DNA of 64,000 nucleotides. Source: Neoechinorhynchus agilis. Its lineage: Eukaryota > Animalia > Acanthocephala. The notes under the pieces were generated by a model. That model worked only from the letters and a program-made list of their open reading frames with translations, was not told where the DNA came from and searched no databases. Below are positions 36,050-48,063 of this stretch, piece by piece (the stretch's first letter is position 1; every line of letters starts with the position of its first letter). Location: NCBI GenBank assembly GCA_051530055.1, contig CM121342.1, positions 3,347,489 through 3,411,488 of the forward strand. The letters are read 5' to 3'. The position numbers and the translations under genes are program-made.

Positions 36050-38890
36050 CTAATCGTAATCGTACAAAAAAGATGGACTCTCTCTGATATTTTCATTTAC
36101 AACGCATGTACTGTCCTCGGTCTCGTGAGGGACATCCATTTCATTGATCGATGTTACATGTTTAAATAGTTCACTAAGTTCGTATTCTTTTGTAAGATCC
36201 GAATCCTTTTCATCTTTTAATATCTCCTTACAAATGTGTGAGCAATAATTGAGGCATTCACTGAATTTTGCATTGTCGGTCACAGAATCGGTTAATCAGC
36301 TTCAAATGCAATCGCGTTTGGCCAGCACTATCTCTTTTCGAAAGCTTCAAAATCGATTGGATTTTAGTGGTAATCAGGTCGCTAATTCTTGGTAAACTGT
36401 TAAAATTTACTGATTCGGAATTCGCGTTTGGCATTTCAGATGTATTACTCACCGTCGGTTTCGCATCCTTCGATTTAGCAACGACCTTATCGCTGGGCAG
36501 CAAGCTGAGTTCTTTTTCAAATATATTCACGTTTTGATCATCGGATAATTCATTGACGTCAGAATGAACTTCCTCAGATTCCAGGCTTTCCTTGAACTTG
36601 TTAACAATAGATTCATACTTAACCGTCTTTGTAGAATTTGCTTCAGCTTGATTTAATTTACTACCGATTTGCTCATGAAAATCAAATTTTTCAGATCGGT
36701 CACTTAATTTTTCGTCCAATGAATTTTTGAGTTCAATTGTGCTTTTTTGATTTGTTACTTTATCCGAAAAAAATGATCCGATGAATTTCTTTATCGTCCT
36801 GGTCCAACTTTTTGAGGAAGATGCTGCTTTTTCTACTTTAATTATCATTTGCTCTCCTTCTCCATTTATTGACGTCTGAATTTCAGGAAATGGCAATTCG
36901 TTCATTATCGAAGGTTCAGATTCGATCTTTGATGTGGTACTGTCCGGCGATTTTGCCGTTTGTTCAAATTCTACATCTCCGGCTCTGTCGTGTTTCGCAT
37001 CGATATTGTTGGAGATTTCAGTATCTTCATTATTTCCTAGTACAGTCAAATTCGGTTCATACTTTTTTGCTTCTTTAATTGTAATCATTTCCGTTCTCAA
37101 CCGTTCATCTCGAGCTTTAACCTGTAGACAAATTTCGTTGGCTATTTCAGGATTAAGATTCTCGTTTAGGTCGAAGAGATTTGCTGATGGCAAAGTATAG
37201 ATTTCGGCCAGCACCCCGAGAACGAGAGAACCATCTCTGCTTTCGATTGCACCCGTTTTGCGAGCTTTCAGTTTGAAAACCTTAGAAATGTAAGTTTCCC
37301 CAGTTTTGAAAGAAGATGATTTATCGGCCTTTAAGGTAACTGCTTTGTCATTTATTTGCTGTGTTTCTATTATCAAAGATTGTGTCATTAAACTTTTACT
37401 GTCCATGATGGAGGCAGATCCCTTCTCAATTTGTAGATTCGATTCGGTCAATATATAGTTTCTGTGCTGTCGTTCGTAACTTCCAAATTGAACGCATTTT
37501 ATCGAACAAAGTTTGAGGCATCGCTGTCGGCATTCATTTAAGCGTTCTAAACCGTTCGATTTCTCAATCATTCGGATTCCCCACATTTTCTTGTAGGTTT
37601 TTAGACGAACAAGACGTTTATGAAAATCTGCGCTAATTAGGTTGTATTCGCCATTGTCGTTTGTACCTTTCTTTTCTTTGTTATATCCAGAATTTTCGAA
37701 CCTGTAACTTAGTTCAAACCGAGTTCGTTGTGGGAGTTCAATGCATTCGTTTTTACAGGACGATAAACACTTTCCTCTGCTAAAAGCAACCTTTCCGTGT
37801 TTCGATAGCCGAGAATAGTCGCCAAGGCACTTTTGCCGGCATTTATCAGTGCAAAGCTCAGTTCTCAAAGTCCTTGACTTTTCGATCGAATTTATCTTAT
37901 TACCACTGGTTCGCTTGCAGTTTACTTTTCGCGAATGTAATCGATTTGAAGCTGAATTTTCTCTTGAAAGGACGTTGACGTGCTTTTCATTCAGTGGTAT
38001 TTGAAGCGTCGGTAGCTTTCTTGCATTGCAGATAAAATTCAACTCTCTGAGCTTCGTCCATTTACTTTGTAACTCTTCGACTTCGTTGATTTGAACACGG
38101 CACATTCCGTAACATTTGTCATCGAATGAATAACTCAACTCGTTTGTAATATAGAAATTATAGCCTTTTGAAACCTCCGTAAATCCCTTGGTCATGGCCG
38201 TGTTATTCTGTGAAGTGTCTACTGCTACATTTTCGCTAATAATGCTGCTTTCTATAAATACATTTTGGTAAGGGAGAGTTTCATTTCCCAGTTTCCGTAT
38301 AATATCCAGAAAATCTTCGATATCAACTTTTCCACCATTTTGTTGTTCATTCATTAATCGAATATCAGCGATAATTGTTTTCGGCCGTAGCAAAAACGAA
38401 ATGTAGAACTCCTGAAAGTTGACTTGCAAATAGATCGCTACTTCTGTATTCAATCTGCTTAAACTTCTATTCTTAGTCGTTTTCGTTACAAAGTCAAAAA
38501 TTAGCTTCGGTCTCCGAAAGAGTGTTAGCGCATTTTGATTGGATCGTCGAGATACCCCTTCAAATTTGATTCCGTTAGCGAAATTTAATAAATAAAATAC
38601 AAGACATCGCTTTCGATATTCGTTCAGACATGCGAGAATATAAGATTTACCTTTAGCTTTTAAAACTCTTCTTTTTTGTCCATTTTCGAAGCACGAAACT
38701 ATTTCATCATTTGCCGACAGCAAGATGTGGTCGTTAGAACTAATTTTTCCACGATTATTCGTATTTTCAACTTTACAATTTACTATTTTTACGTTATCAA
38801 TGTTAATGGGTGTTTCTTTGGTATTGACCATTTTGCTGAAAAGTAAAGTTCTCTTCTTTTTTAGCCGTTTAAAGCATTCAGATACGCAGG
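36050..38890 (-). pseudogene. family S long form (857-codon open frame), 5' truncated, frame break at 36258
   Basis: Shares MVNTKETP..KRR and the CLNYCSHIC..YDYD C-terminus with 10260-11204 but carries about 2.4 kb extra, including a second 6-Cys domain CTDKCRQKC-x19-CLSSCKNEC and CRQRCLKLCSIKC. Confidence 0.75.
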
Positions 38891-38962
38891 TCCACCACCA
38901 ACAACAATGCTTGGGTCACCGGGAGGATTTCGAGCAATACTCATTTCCTCGAGACGACGTTT
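38891..38962 (-). repeat. second short copy of the Piwi-like 5' segment
   Basis: TCCACCACCAACAACA.TGCTTGGGTCACCGGG..CCTCGAGACGACGTT matches 39640-39710. Confidence 0.85.
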
Positions 38963-39150
38963 TCGTCTTTGCTCTTCTCCTTTCCCAGCGTCTTGAAATC
39001 TCCGCTCGGGCCTCCCTCTTCTCGTTTTCCCCTCGAGTTCGATTCTCCATGCGCTCTTCATCCAGGCGTCTTCATCTGCTTGTTTCACCTGCGGGTACCA
39101 CCGCATCCGCCTCTTAGCGATTGCCTCCTCGATCGGCTCGGCAGCCTCGT
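38960..39150 (-). mobile_element. RTE family 1 scrap
   Basis: AEPIEEAIAKRRMRWYPQV..WRIELEGKTRRGRP. Confidence 0.85.
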
Positions 39151-39740
39151 CGGGCGCTGGGTTCCATATCGAACATGTTTCGGTTGATACTCCGGAATCC
39201 GACCTCGCAAAACAAGACCAAGTAGAGCAACAAATTGTTCTGTGCCGGGTACAGTTTCCCCTGTATCCTGAAATCGAACATTCTGACCTGTCCCCTATAA
39301 CTGATATCCCCATGTTCTGCACATTCAATTCTATGAGCCAAATGTACACTCTGACCACTAAAGCTAAACACCGAATTCTCCCAATGTTTTCGGGCGATCA
39401 TCTTGACCATTTTTGACATTGAAAACATTGATTTGCATGGCGGATCAAAGAAAACGGCATAATTGAAGATTTTATACGAAGGAAGCTTTTCCACGGTGAA
39501 AAAGTTTGACAGGACGTTAACGCGCACTCCACTTTTACCGACATCAACTAAACGATCCATATCCTCAACATGAAACGCTTCAGAGAGTTCAGTACCAAAT
39601 CGAGGTCGGCGACGTCCTCCATGCTCACCACCCGTCGTTCCACCACCAACAACATTGCTTGGGTCACCGGGATGATTTCGAGCAACACTCATTTCCTCGA
39701 GACGACGTTGAATGCTACGCTCACCACGATCAGGATCCAT
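39150..39740 (-). pseudogene. Piwi/Argonaute-family N-terminal fragment (N domain and linker), truncated before PAZ
   Basis: GKSGVRVNVLSNFF..LPSYKIFNYAVFFDP..FSFSGQSVHL..KLYP..LLYLVLF..SINRNMFD resembles Piwi GxxGxxVxLxxNxF..YxYxVxFxP..FDG..LF..IGRNYY. ATG at 39740 and a Gly/Arg-rich leader. Confidence 0.7.
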
Positions 39741-40159
39741 TTTTTGAAGCTGTCTCTGAAATTGAAGATTCGAAGCACGATTAAAACTTATGTCACGTCC
39801 GCGGAAATATCGTCTCGCAGTAGCGAAAAAACGTGATTTAAGATTCCAAAATAGGCGAAAACATCTCCATCGATGTCAGTCCTTATGACCATTACCAAAA
39901 AACTGTACAAAGAGAAAAGTTGCATGAACGCTATTCGAACTCTGCAGAAAAAATAAACAATTTCACTCTTGAGCGCTGGTTATGATTATCATCAATTGAA
40001 ATATTTCGAAAGAGCAATTGCTCCGTTTTCTAGAAGCGCCAAGATCGTCTCGCAGTAGCGAAAAAAATGTTATTTTAAGAATCTTGTTCTAGCGGCAAAA
40101 ATTAATGGAATTTATAAAATCCGATATTTCGAGGGCTACAAGATTATCTATCGTAAAAA

Positions 40160-40436
40160 GATTTAAAAACAACCTCGATAAAGACGTACTCCAGATTATG
40201 CACCTCGGAAATATCGAATTTAATAAATTCCTTTAAACTTTCCGTCTCAATAATGAACAATTCAATTTTCTAATATAAATTTGTCGAACAAGTGTTTTTG
40301 AGAATAAAAAGCATCGATAAAGATGTAGTAAAGATTATGCACCACGGAAATATCGAATTTTATAAATTCCTTTAAACTTTCCGCCTCAATCATGAACAAT
40401 TCAATGTTCAAATATAAATTCGTCGAACAAGTGTTT
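40160..40436 (-). repeat. 139-bp LRR-like tandem repeat, about 2 units
   Basis: (T/A)CGGAAATATCG at 40205 and 40344. Same unit as 56313-57036. Confidence 0.85.
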
Positions 40437-41380
40437 ACGTCCTGGTCCAACTTTTTGAGGAAGATGCTGTTTTTTCTACTTTAATTATCATTTGCTCTCC
40501 TTCTCCATTTATTGACGTCTGAATTTCGGGAAATGACAATTCGTTCATCATCGAAGGTTCAGATTCGATCTTTGATGTGGTAAGATCCGGCGATTTTGCC
40601 GTTTGTTCAAATTCTACATCTCCGGCACTGTCGTGTATCGCATCGATATTGTTGGAGATTTCAGTATCTTCATTATTCCCTGGTACAGTCAAATTCGGTT
40701 CATATTTTTTTGCTTCTTCAATTGTAATAATTTCCGTTCTCAACCGTTCATCTCGAGCTTTAACCCGTAGACAAATTTCGTTGGCTACTTCAGGATTAAG
40801 ATTCTCGTTTAGGTCGAAGAGATTTGCTGATGGCAAAGTATAGATTTCGGCCAGCACCCCGAGAACGAGGGAACCATCTTTGCTTTCGATTGCACCCGTT
40901 TTGCGAGATTTCAGTTTGAAATCCTTAGAAATGTACGTTTCCTCAGCTTTGAAAGAAGATGATTTATCGGCCTTTAAGGTAACTGCTTTGTCATTTATTT
41001 GCTGTGTTTCTATTATCAAAGATTGTGTCATTAAACTTTTGCTGTCCATGATGGAAGCAGATCCCTTCTCAATTTGTAGATTCGATTCGGTCAATATATT
41101 GTTTCTGTGCTCTGGTTCGTAACTTCCAAATTGAACGCATTTTATCGAACAAAGTTTGAGGCATCGCGGTCGGCATTCATTTAAGCGTTCTAAACCGTTC
41201 GATTTCTCAATCATTCGGATTCCCCGCATTTTCTTGTAGTTTTTTGGACAAACAAGACGTTTATGAAAATCTGCGCTAATTAGGTTATATTCACCATTTT
41301 CGTTCGTACCTTTCTTTTCTTTGTTATATCCAGAATTTTCGAACCTGTAACTTAGTTCAAACCAAGTTCGTTGTGGGAGT
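40436..41380 (-). pseudogene. family S copy 3, distal part (interrupted by CRE-C)
   Basis: Collinear with 36797-37737. Confidence 0.85.
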
Positions 41381-43775
41381 GACGGAGATGTTCGGGGGGC
41401 TGTTCGGTTATTGTCATCCTCCGACAGTTTCGCAAAAGGAGACAGCGAGACGCTACAAATACTCCGGTCGAAGCACCCATGTGGAAGCGGAAGTTTTGAA
41501 ATTCCATCTCCTCCCATACAAGACAGGACGCCCATTCAAATTTCAGAGATAAAAAAGGCCATCTCAACTTTTGCAAATGGTTCGGGTCACGGGTTTGACG
41601 GACTAAGGCCTCAGCACCTAAAGGACATGATGTCCTTTTCAACTGGTGAAGCAGCTCTCTCACTAGGAAGTGCGCTTTCTCGAATAGTCGACCGCCTGAC
41701 TGGAGAGGACCTGAACTCCGTTGCAAGGGACCTATTTTTCGGAGCCTCATTGTGTGCCCTCACAAAAAAAGAAGGTGGGATCCGTCCCATCGCCGTATCT
41801 TCGACGATACGCCGACTCGCAGGAAAAATTCTCTGCAAACGTATTAAAGAGAAAACCGGACAGCAACTTCGTCCAGTCCAACTGGGCTGCTGCACATCCT
41901 ACGGGGCGGAAGCTATTGTCCACTCGCTCCGAAACTTTGCTACGAGAAGCTCAGAGCCGTGCGTGATTCTTAAGTGCGATTTTCGGAACGCCTTTAACTC
42001 TCTCAATAGAGAAAGCATGTTCTGCGCAATTAGGGATCACGCACCAGAAGCCTTCCAGTATTTTCTCAATGCCTACGGGACGGCGACTCCTCTGCTTTTC
42101 GAAGACCATCTCATTTGGTTCGAAAGAGGAGTGCAGCAAGGAGATCCTCTCGGTCCAATCGCATTCTCCCTAACAGTAAATCCAATAGCGCATTCTCTCG
42201 ATTCCAGCTTCAACGCTTGGTACTTGGATGACGCGCCGCTCGGAGGTGATCCCTCCGTTGCACTGCGCGATCTGGAGACGCTGATTAGGGAGACCTCGAA
42301 GATGGGCATTGAGCTTAATGCTGGAAAATGTGAGCTCCTTGTACTGAATATTGGAGACGCCGCCAAAGTCAAAGAACTAATGGCTGGGTTCGAGGCCGTA
42401 GCTCCAGGCCTGAAACTCGTGACTCGGGAACAACTCAGCCTCCTGGGCAGTTGCGTCTTCGATTCAAATGTGGAAGATGAGATCGGCCATATCATACCGA
42501 AACTTTCGTTGCTGTGCGATAGGGTGAGCGCTCTCTCGGCTCATGAAACCTTGTTTCTCATAAAGAACGCGCTCTTCGTCCCCAAATTATTGTACAAGGT
42601 TCGCACAGCAAAATTTTTCAAACATAAGGAAGGATTGGTAAGCTCGACCGCAAGGTGAGGGCTTGTCTCGAGCGTATTTTAAATGTCCAGCTCTCAGATG
42701 AGGCGTGCGACAAGCTTCTTTGCCTGTGTCATCTGGGGGATTGGGAATTCGGGCACTAGTGGACCTTGCTTTGCCGGCCTTTCTTGGATCGTTTGAGGGG
42801 AGCCTACCAGTCTCGAAGAACATTTTGAAGGAAAAGTTCTGTCTTGACCGGGATTTCGTGGTGGCGGTTGAGGAATGGTGCCAGCAGACCGGCGCTAACC
42901 ATGTTCCCGTGAATGGCCTCAGACAGTCGATCTGGGACGGACCTCTTGTCTGGAGAGCTCACAGCTCTCTACTTTCCGGTTCTCGCGATGGGGTCGTCCG
43001 AGCTAGACTGTTGGCAGTTTCAACACGAGAATCTGGGGCGTGGTTGGAGGCTGGTCCTCTGGCATCAGTGGGAACTCTTCTTACTGACGAGGTAACGAAG
43101 ATCGCAGTATCCTTAGGACTTGGTCTCCCGATATCCACGCCCCATCGCTGTCGATGTGGGTCTTTGGTTGATGCTCTCGGGCGACACGGTTTCGTCTGCA
43201 GAAGGTCAGCAGGAAGGTTCTCACGCCATTCTGAAATCAATAACGCAATTTCTCGGGCGTTGAGAACGGCGAACTTCCCGAACATAATGGAACCCGCCCA
43301 CCACTGTAGACTAGACGGCCGTAGGCCCGATGGAATTTCGGTCTTCCCGTGGCGGGATGGCAAATGCCTTCTTTGGGACGCCACGTGTGTGGATACCCTC
43401 GCAGCCAGCAACATCCCCTACTCCCTCGAAATCGCCGGTGGTGCCGCCAGTGCAGCGGAAGGGAGGAAAATACGGAAATATCTTCACTTATCGAGGGCTC
43501 ACTATTTTGTCCCCTTTGGGGTAGAGACGTATGGAGCGCTCGGCAGCTCGGCACTCTCTCTGCTCCAGGATCTCTCGAAGAAATTGAGAGAGGCAACCGA
43601 AGACTCAAGAGCAGGCGTATTCCTTCGACAAAATATCTCGCTAGCAGTACAACGGGGCAATGCTGCCAGCGTGATGGCGACGGTCGAGGAATGACAAAAG
43701 CTGGAATTCGGCGGGAGGTGGTGAGTGTGTTAATTGTCGAGAGATGAAGATTGATTGAAATAAAATATTTTCGAT
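41381..43775 (+). mobile_element. CRE-clade retroelement family C, 5' truncated, RT and REL largely intact with one frameshift
   Basis: GFDGLRPQHLKD; GGIRPIAV; CDFRNAFNS; GVQQGDPLGP; AWYLDD; frameshift near 42650; CRCG..H..VC; RPDG..WDATCVDT; LAVQRGNAA*. AATAAA at 43759. Confidence 0.92.
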
Positions 43776-44610
43776 TTTCCTGTGCTAAAAGCAACCTTTC
43801 CGCGTTTCGATAGCCGAGAATAGTCGCCAAGGCACGTTTGCCGGCATTTATCAGTGCAAAGCTCAGTTCTCAAGGTCCTTGACTTTTCGATCGAATTTAT
43901 CTTATTACCACTGGTTCGCTTGCAGTTTACTTTTCGCGAATGTAATCGATTTGAAGCTGTATTTTCTCTTGAAAGGACGTTGACTTGCTTCTCATTTTGA
44001 AGCGTCGGTAGCTTTCTTGCATTGCAAATAAAATTCAACTCTCTGAGCTTCGTCCATTTACCTTGTAACTCAACATTTGTCTTCGAATTAATAACTGAAC
44101 TCGTTTGTAATATAGAAATTGTAGCCCTTTGAAACCTCCGTAAATCCCTTGGTCATGGCCGTGTTATTCTGTGAAGTGTCTACTGCTACATTTTCGCTAA
44201 TAACGCTGCTTTCTATAAATACATTTTGGTAAAGGAGAGTTTTATTTCCCAATTTCCGTATGCTATCCAGAAAATCTTCGATATTAACTTTTCCACCAAA
44301 TTGTTTTTCATTCATTAATCGAACATCAGCGATGATTGTTTTCGGCCTTAGCAAGAACGAAATGTAGAACTCCTGAAAGTTGACTTGGAAATAGATCGCT
44401 ACTTCTGTATTCAATCTGCTTAAACTTCTATTCTTAGTCGTTTTCGTTACATAGTCAAAAATTAGCTTCGGTCTCCGAAAAACTGTTAGCGCATTTTGAT
44501 TGGATCGTCGAGATACCCCTTCAAATTTGATTTCGTTAGCGAAATTTAATAAATAAAATACAAGACATCGCTTTCGATATTCGTTCAGACATTCGAGAAT
44601 ATAAGATTTA
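43776..44610 (-). pseudogene. family S copy 3, proximal part
   Basis: Collinear with 37771-38648, with small deletions. Confidence 0.85.
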
Positions 44611-44999
44611 CATCGCTGGGACAGGAATCGTTTAAATAGTTCTTCTCGTGATAGAACGGGATTAGCTTTTAAAGATATAACGTTGGATTTTTTCTTCGAA
44701 GGTGCCTCCAAGAAGACGAGTTCCTCGGACGAGCTGGTTGGATTGTTTAGTTCAGAGAGCAACAACTCTCTTGTTGCAGAAGATACGGTTATCTTCAGTG
44801 TATTTGGTGGCCGAATGCCACCCTCCGCTAACGCCTGAACGTTAGTTGACATGGACGACTCAAGGTGATCGAGGATAAGTTTTGTCGTGAGATTGATGAG
44901 GCGAGGTTTACTCCTTTGAAGTAATGTTTTATCCCGGGGGTTTTCGATACCAACTAAAATCCGTGACCTGATTAAATTTGAAGGCATCTCTTCCCACAC
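44088..44999 (-). other. in-frame chimeric open frame: LINE ORF1 N-terminus fused to a family S internal segment (303 codons)
   Basis: ...SREELFKRFLSQR|CKSYILECLNEYRK...; junction at 44610-44620. Non-ATG start in the ORF track. Confidence 0.6.
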
Positions 45000-46680
45000 T
45001 CGGCATTTGACGAATCTCTTTTGATTAAAAAGGATAAACCCTCATAAAAATGACTAATTTCCCGACCAATAGTAATCTACATTTTTCATTTATCACTTAC
45101 AACGCATTTCGGGCCAATCGCTCCCCAGACTCCTTTTGCCCTTTATCGCATTCTCGAATCCTGGTCATTTATTATTTCACGAAACTGCGTCATGTTTGCT
45201 AGTTAATAGCAGTAAATATGATTCCTTCTTCTTAAATCCTAATCCATCACCTAATGGAGACCGCTTGGGTTTCTCAAGAGGGTTACAATCCTTTCTAAAC
45301 AAAAATCTTAAAGTCAAATTACTCTTTCAAACAAAAAACTCCAAACTTTGCCAACTCTTCCTATTTGCTCTCTCCCTTTTCTGGATCCACGCTTTTTATT
45401 TCAAACATATACATTAACCCACGCAAGGTTTCTCTTTTTTTTATTAAAACCAAGATGAAAAACCTCCTTTTTTGGGACACGGATTTTATTATAGCAGAAT
45501 TTAATAGCAAATATCTCAGGATTTTTAGACCCTTTTTAACAATCATTTACTACATCTACCAAAATTCCCATCCTTTAATAATTATACTTATTCTTTAGAC
45601 GGATTTTTTCCAAAGAAAGTCTTACCCATGATCTGTTTCTCATATAAAGGTATAAATATCAAGGATAAAATTAATTTAAACGAAACATATATTAATCTCT
45701 TCATCTGTCTCATATCAAAAACTCTGTCATCGTCTTCGAAGGTCTCCTGCACCCTTTTGAAACTCCTGGAAACCATCTTCGATTACACCACTATTATTTT
45801 CTAAGATATTTTTTTATTATACTTCAGCATGCGAACCTGAACCTAAGTATCTACTTTGCGACGGAACTCACGTCAAACCGAAGTACTCCAATAATTTTGC
45901 CATTAAATGTACGAATGGTTTTCTTGTTTCAATCATACGACAAACAATATTGAAGAAAGCCTAGAGATAATGTATTTTTAAGAGCAGCAAATAACTTTAG
46001 CACTAAGTTGTAAAGACCTTTAGAATTTGTTGAAGAAACAAAGTCAAATGAAACGTTAATGTAATCGTTACGGCGAAAAGCTAAAGCTACAAAACCTTTT
46101 GCATGAATGCAAAAATTGGTTTTTGGAAATATGAATTCATTTCCTTCAAGATGTCGATGCTTCGCGGTCACATTGACATCTTCAGTGTCCATCTTCATCC
46201 CGAATTGTGGAATTGAGACAAACAAAGATCTTCATCGATGGATACAAAAAATTTTCTTTTATTTTTTCGGTGCCCTCTGAAGCGTCCGAACGGACACTGT
46301 ACTCGTCATTGGGCTTTGGCCTGAGGCCGCAACTTACTGTAAATTGTTTCGAGATAGAAGTGAAAGTTAGAAAGCTGTTTTTCGCAGTGAGAGTTCGTTA
46401 GCGAAAATCGATGCTCTTTTGATGTTCTTTGAAAAGTGAGCTTTACCTTAACTCACGGAGAAAAACTTCTTGCGCTCTTCGCTATCTATGATCTCGTCAA
46501 TAAACACCTTACCTTGAAAGTTGCGGCGAATCCAACAGAGCTTAAAAACTAAAATTATGCTTAATTTTTTCCGTCGAATACAAGGCTCTATGAATTTTTG
46601 CTAAAAACCAAAGTGAGTGAAATGTAAAAATCGTTAAAATCAATCGTGCATTCATAGATAGTTAAGTCAAGAGTTTCCAT
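44618..46680 (-). repeat. duplicate of LINE 5' end plus module K copy 3
   Basis: Near-identical to 15175-17260. Confidence 0.9.
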
Positions 46681-47690
46681 TGTACAACCACATTTCTTTG
46701 AACTTTTCTCTCAGTTGAGAGGTCGTTCTTTCCAGCATTGTTGGTTTTCGTTTTTGTTCTCCTTTCCCAGCGTCTTGAATCTCTGCTCACACTGTCCTCC
46801 CACCTCTTCTTGGGCCTCCCGCTTCTCGTTTTCCCCTCGAGTTCGATTCGCCATGCGCTCTTAACCCAGGCGTCTTCATTTGTTTTTGTCACCTGCAGGT
46901 ACCATCGCATCCGCCTCTTTGCGATTGCCTCCTCGATCGGCTCGGCATTAAACAGCTTTCGCACCTCCTTATTGGGCACTCGATCCTTGCGTGTCAATCC
47001 TGCGGACCATCTAGGCATCCGCATTTCGTTGACGGCTAATCGTTGAACGTTTTCCTTCTTTGTATCCCACTTCTCTGCTCCGTGGTGCATGGCGGGTCGC
47101 ACTACTTCATTGTACACCCGCCGTTTCGGGAGACGCTTATCGCAAGGGATGCCTGTTGTCTTCCTCCAGTTGTTCCACCCGCATTGAACTCTTTGTCCGA
47201 TCTCTGGTTCGAGCTCACATTGCATGTTCAACATGCTGCCAAAATGTTTGAAGTTGTTCATCTTTTCGATCTGAGTTCCTTGCATATCGATGTTACCCGG
47301 CCCCATTTATTTCGTTTTGCGCCTGCTCACTCTCAATCCTTTGCTCTCCAATCGTTGTCGCCAACTCTACCGCAAATTCTTGAGCGTGTCCACGTCCCTA
47401 GCCGTAAGCACCAAAGCGTCCGCGAATGGTGCGTTCATTTCTCTTTCCGCATTTCCCAGGACGTCCATCACGATCGTGAACAAGAATGGGCTCAGGGCCG
47501 AACCCTGTTGCAGACCCACGGAGACTCGGAAATAGTCGATGGTTCCGCTGTGGCATCGCACGCAGGTGTAGCATTCTCGATACATCGCTCGAATCGCGGC
47601 GACATAATGTTCGGGACAATTCCTTTTTCTGAGCCATGCCCACACCAAATCTCGAGGGACCGTGTCGTACGCCCTTTCCAAATCGACGAA
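46680..47690 (-). mobile_element. RTE family 1, 3' half (longest copy)
   Basis: FVDLERAYDTVPR; GLQQGSALSPFLF; QRVQCGWNNWRK. Confidence 0.9.
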
Positions 47691-47692
47691 CG

Positions 47693-47965
47693 ACCGCTTT
47701 TTCAGACACATAAGAATATTTCATAACCGAACACAGACGCTTGAAAGGGCTTTTTCTACAGTCGATCGACAGCATTTTATTAAATATCAATAGACTTCTT
47801 GTTCGAAGAATGAAATTATGGATGTGCAGTAAAAAGCTTTTTCCAAAAACAATATCTGGGAAATATTATTGCTACCATTACTGATTGTAAACTCAATGTC
47901 GCGCAATTTTTTAACAAAAAAATTGCGCTCCGAACAATGATCAAAATAATCAAGATTCCATTGAT
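47693..47965 (+). repeat. module Y copy 2
   Basis: Matches 33700-33860 and 62655-62850. Confidence 0.75.
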
Positions 47966-48063
47966 CCGTGGCCACCGGATTACCGTGGAGGGGGAAAGAT
48001 GGATGTGGATTATAAGGTCAGCGATGGGGAAACGTCATGGAGGAGGTGGTTTTAGAGAAATAA

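Noticed and set aside
36258-36260. UGA recoded as Cys or Trp (the stop falls where a CX3CX3C Cys is expected)
   Set aside because: Read-through ends 9 codons later and does not reach the conserved C-terminus. In module N a TGA corresponds to AGA in the sister unit, so it is an ordinary mutation.
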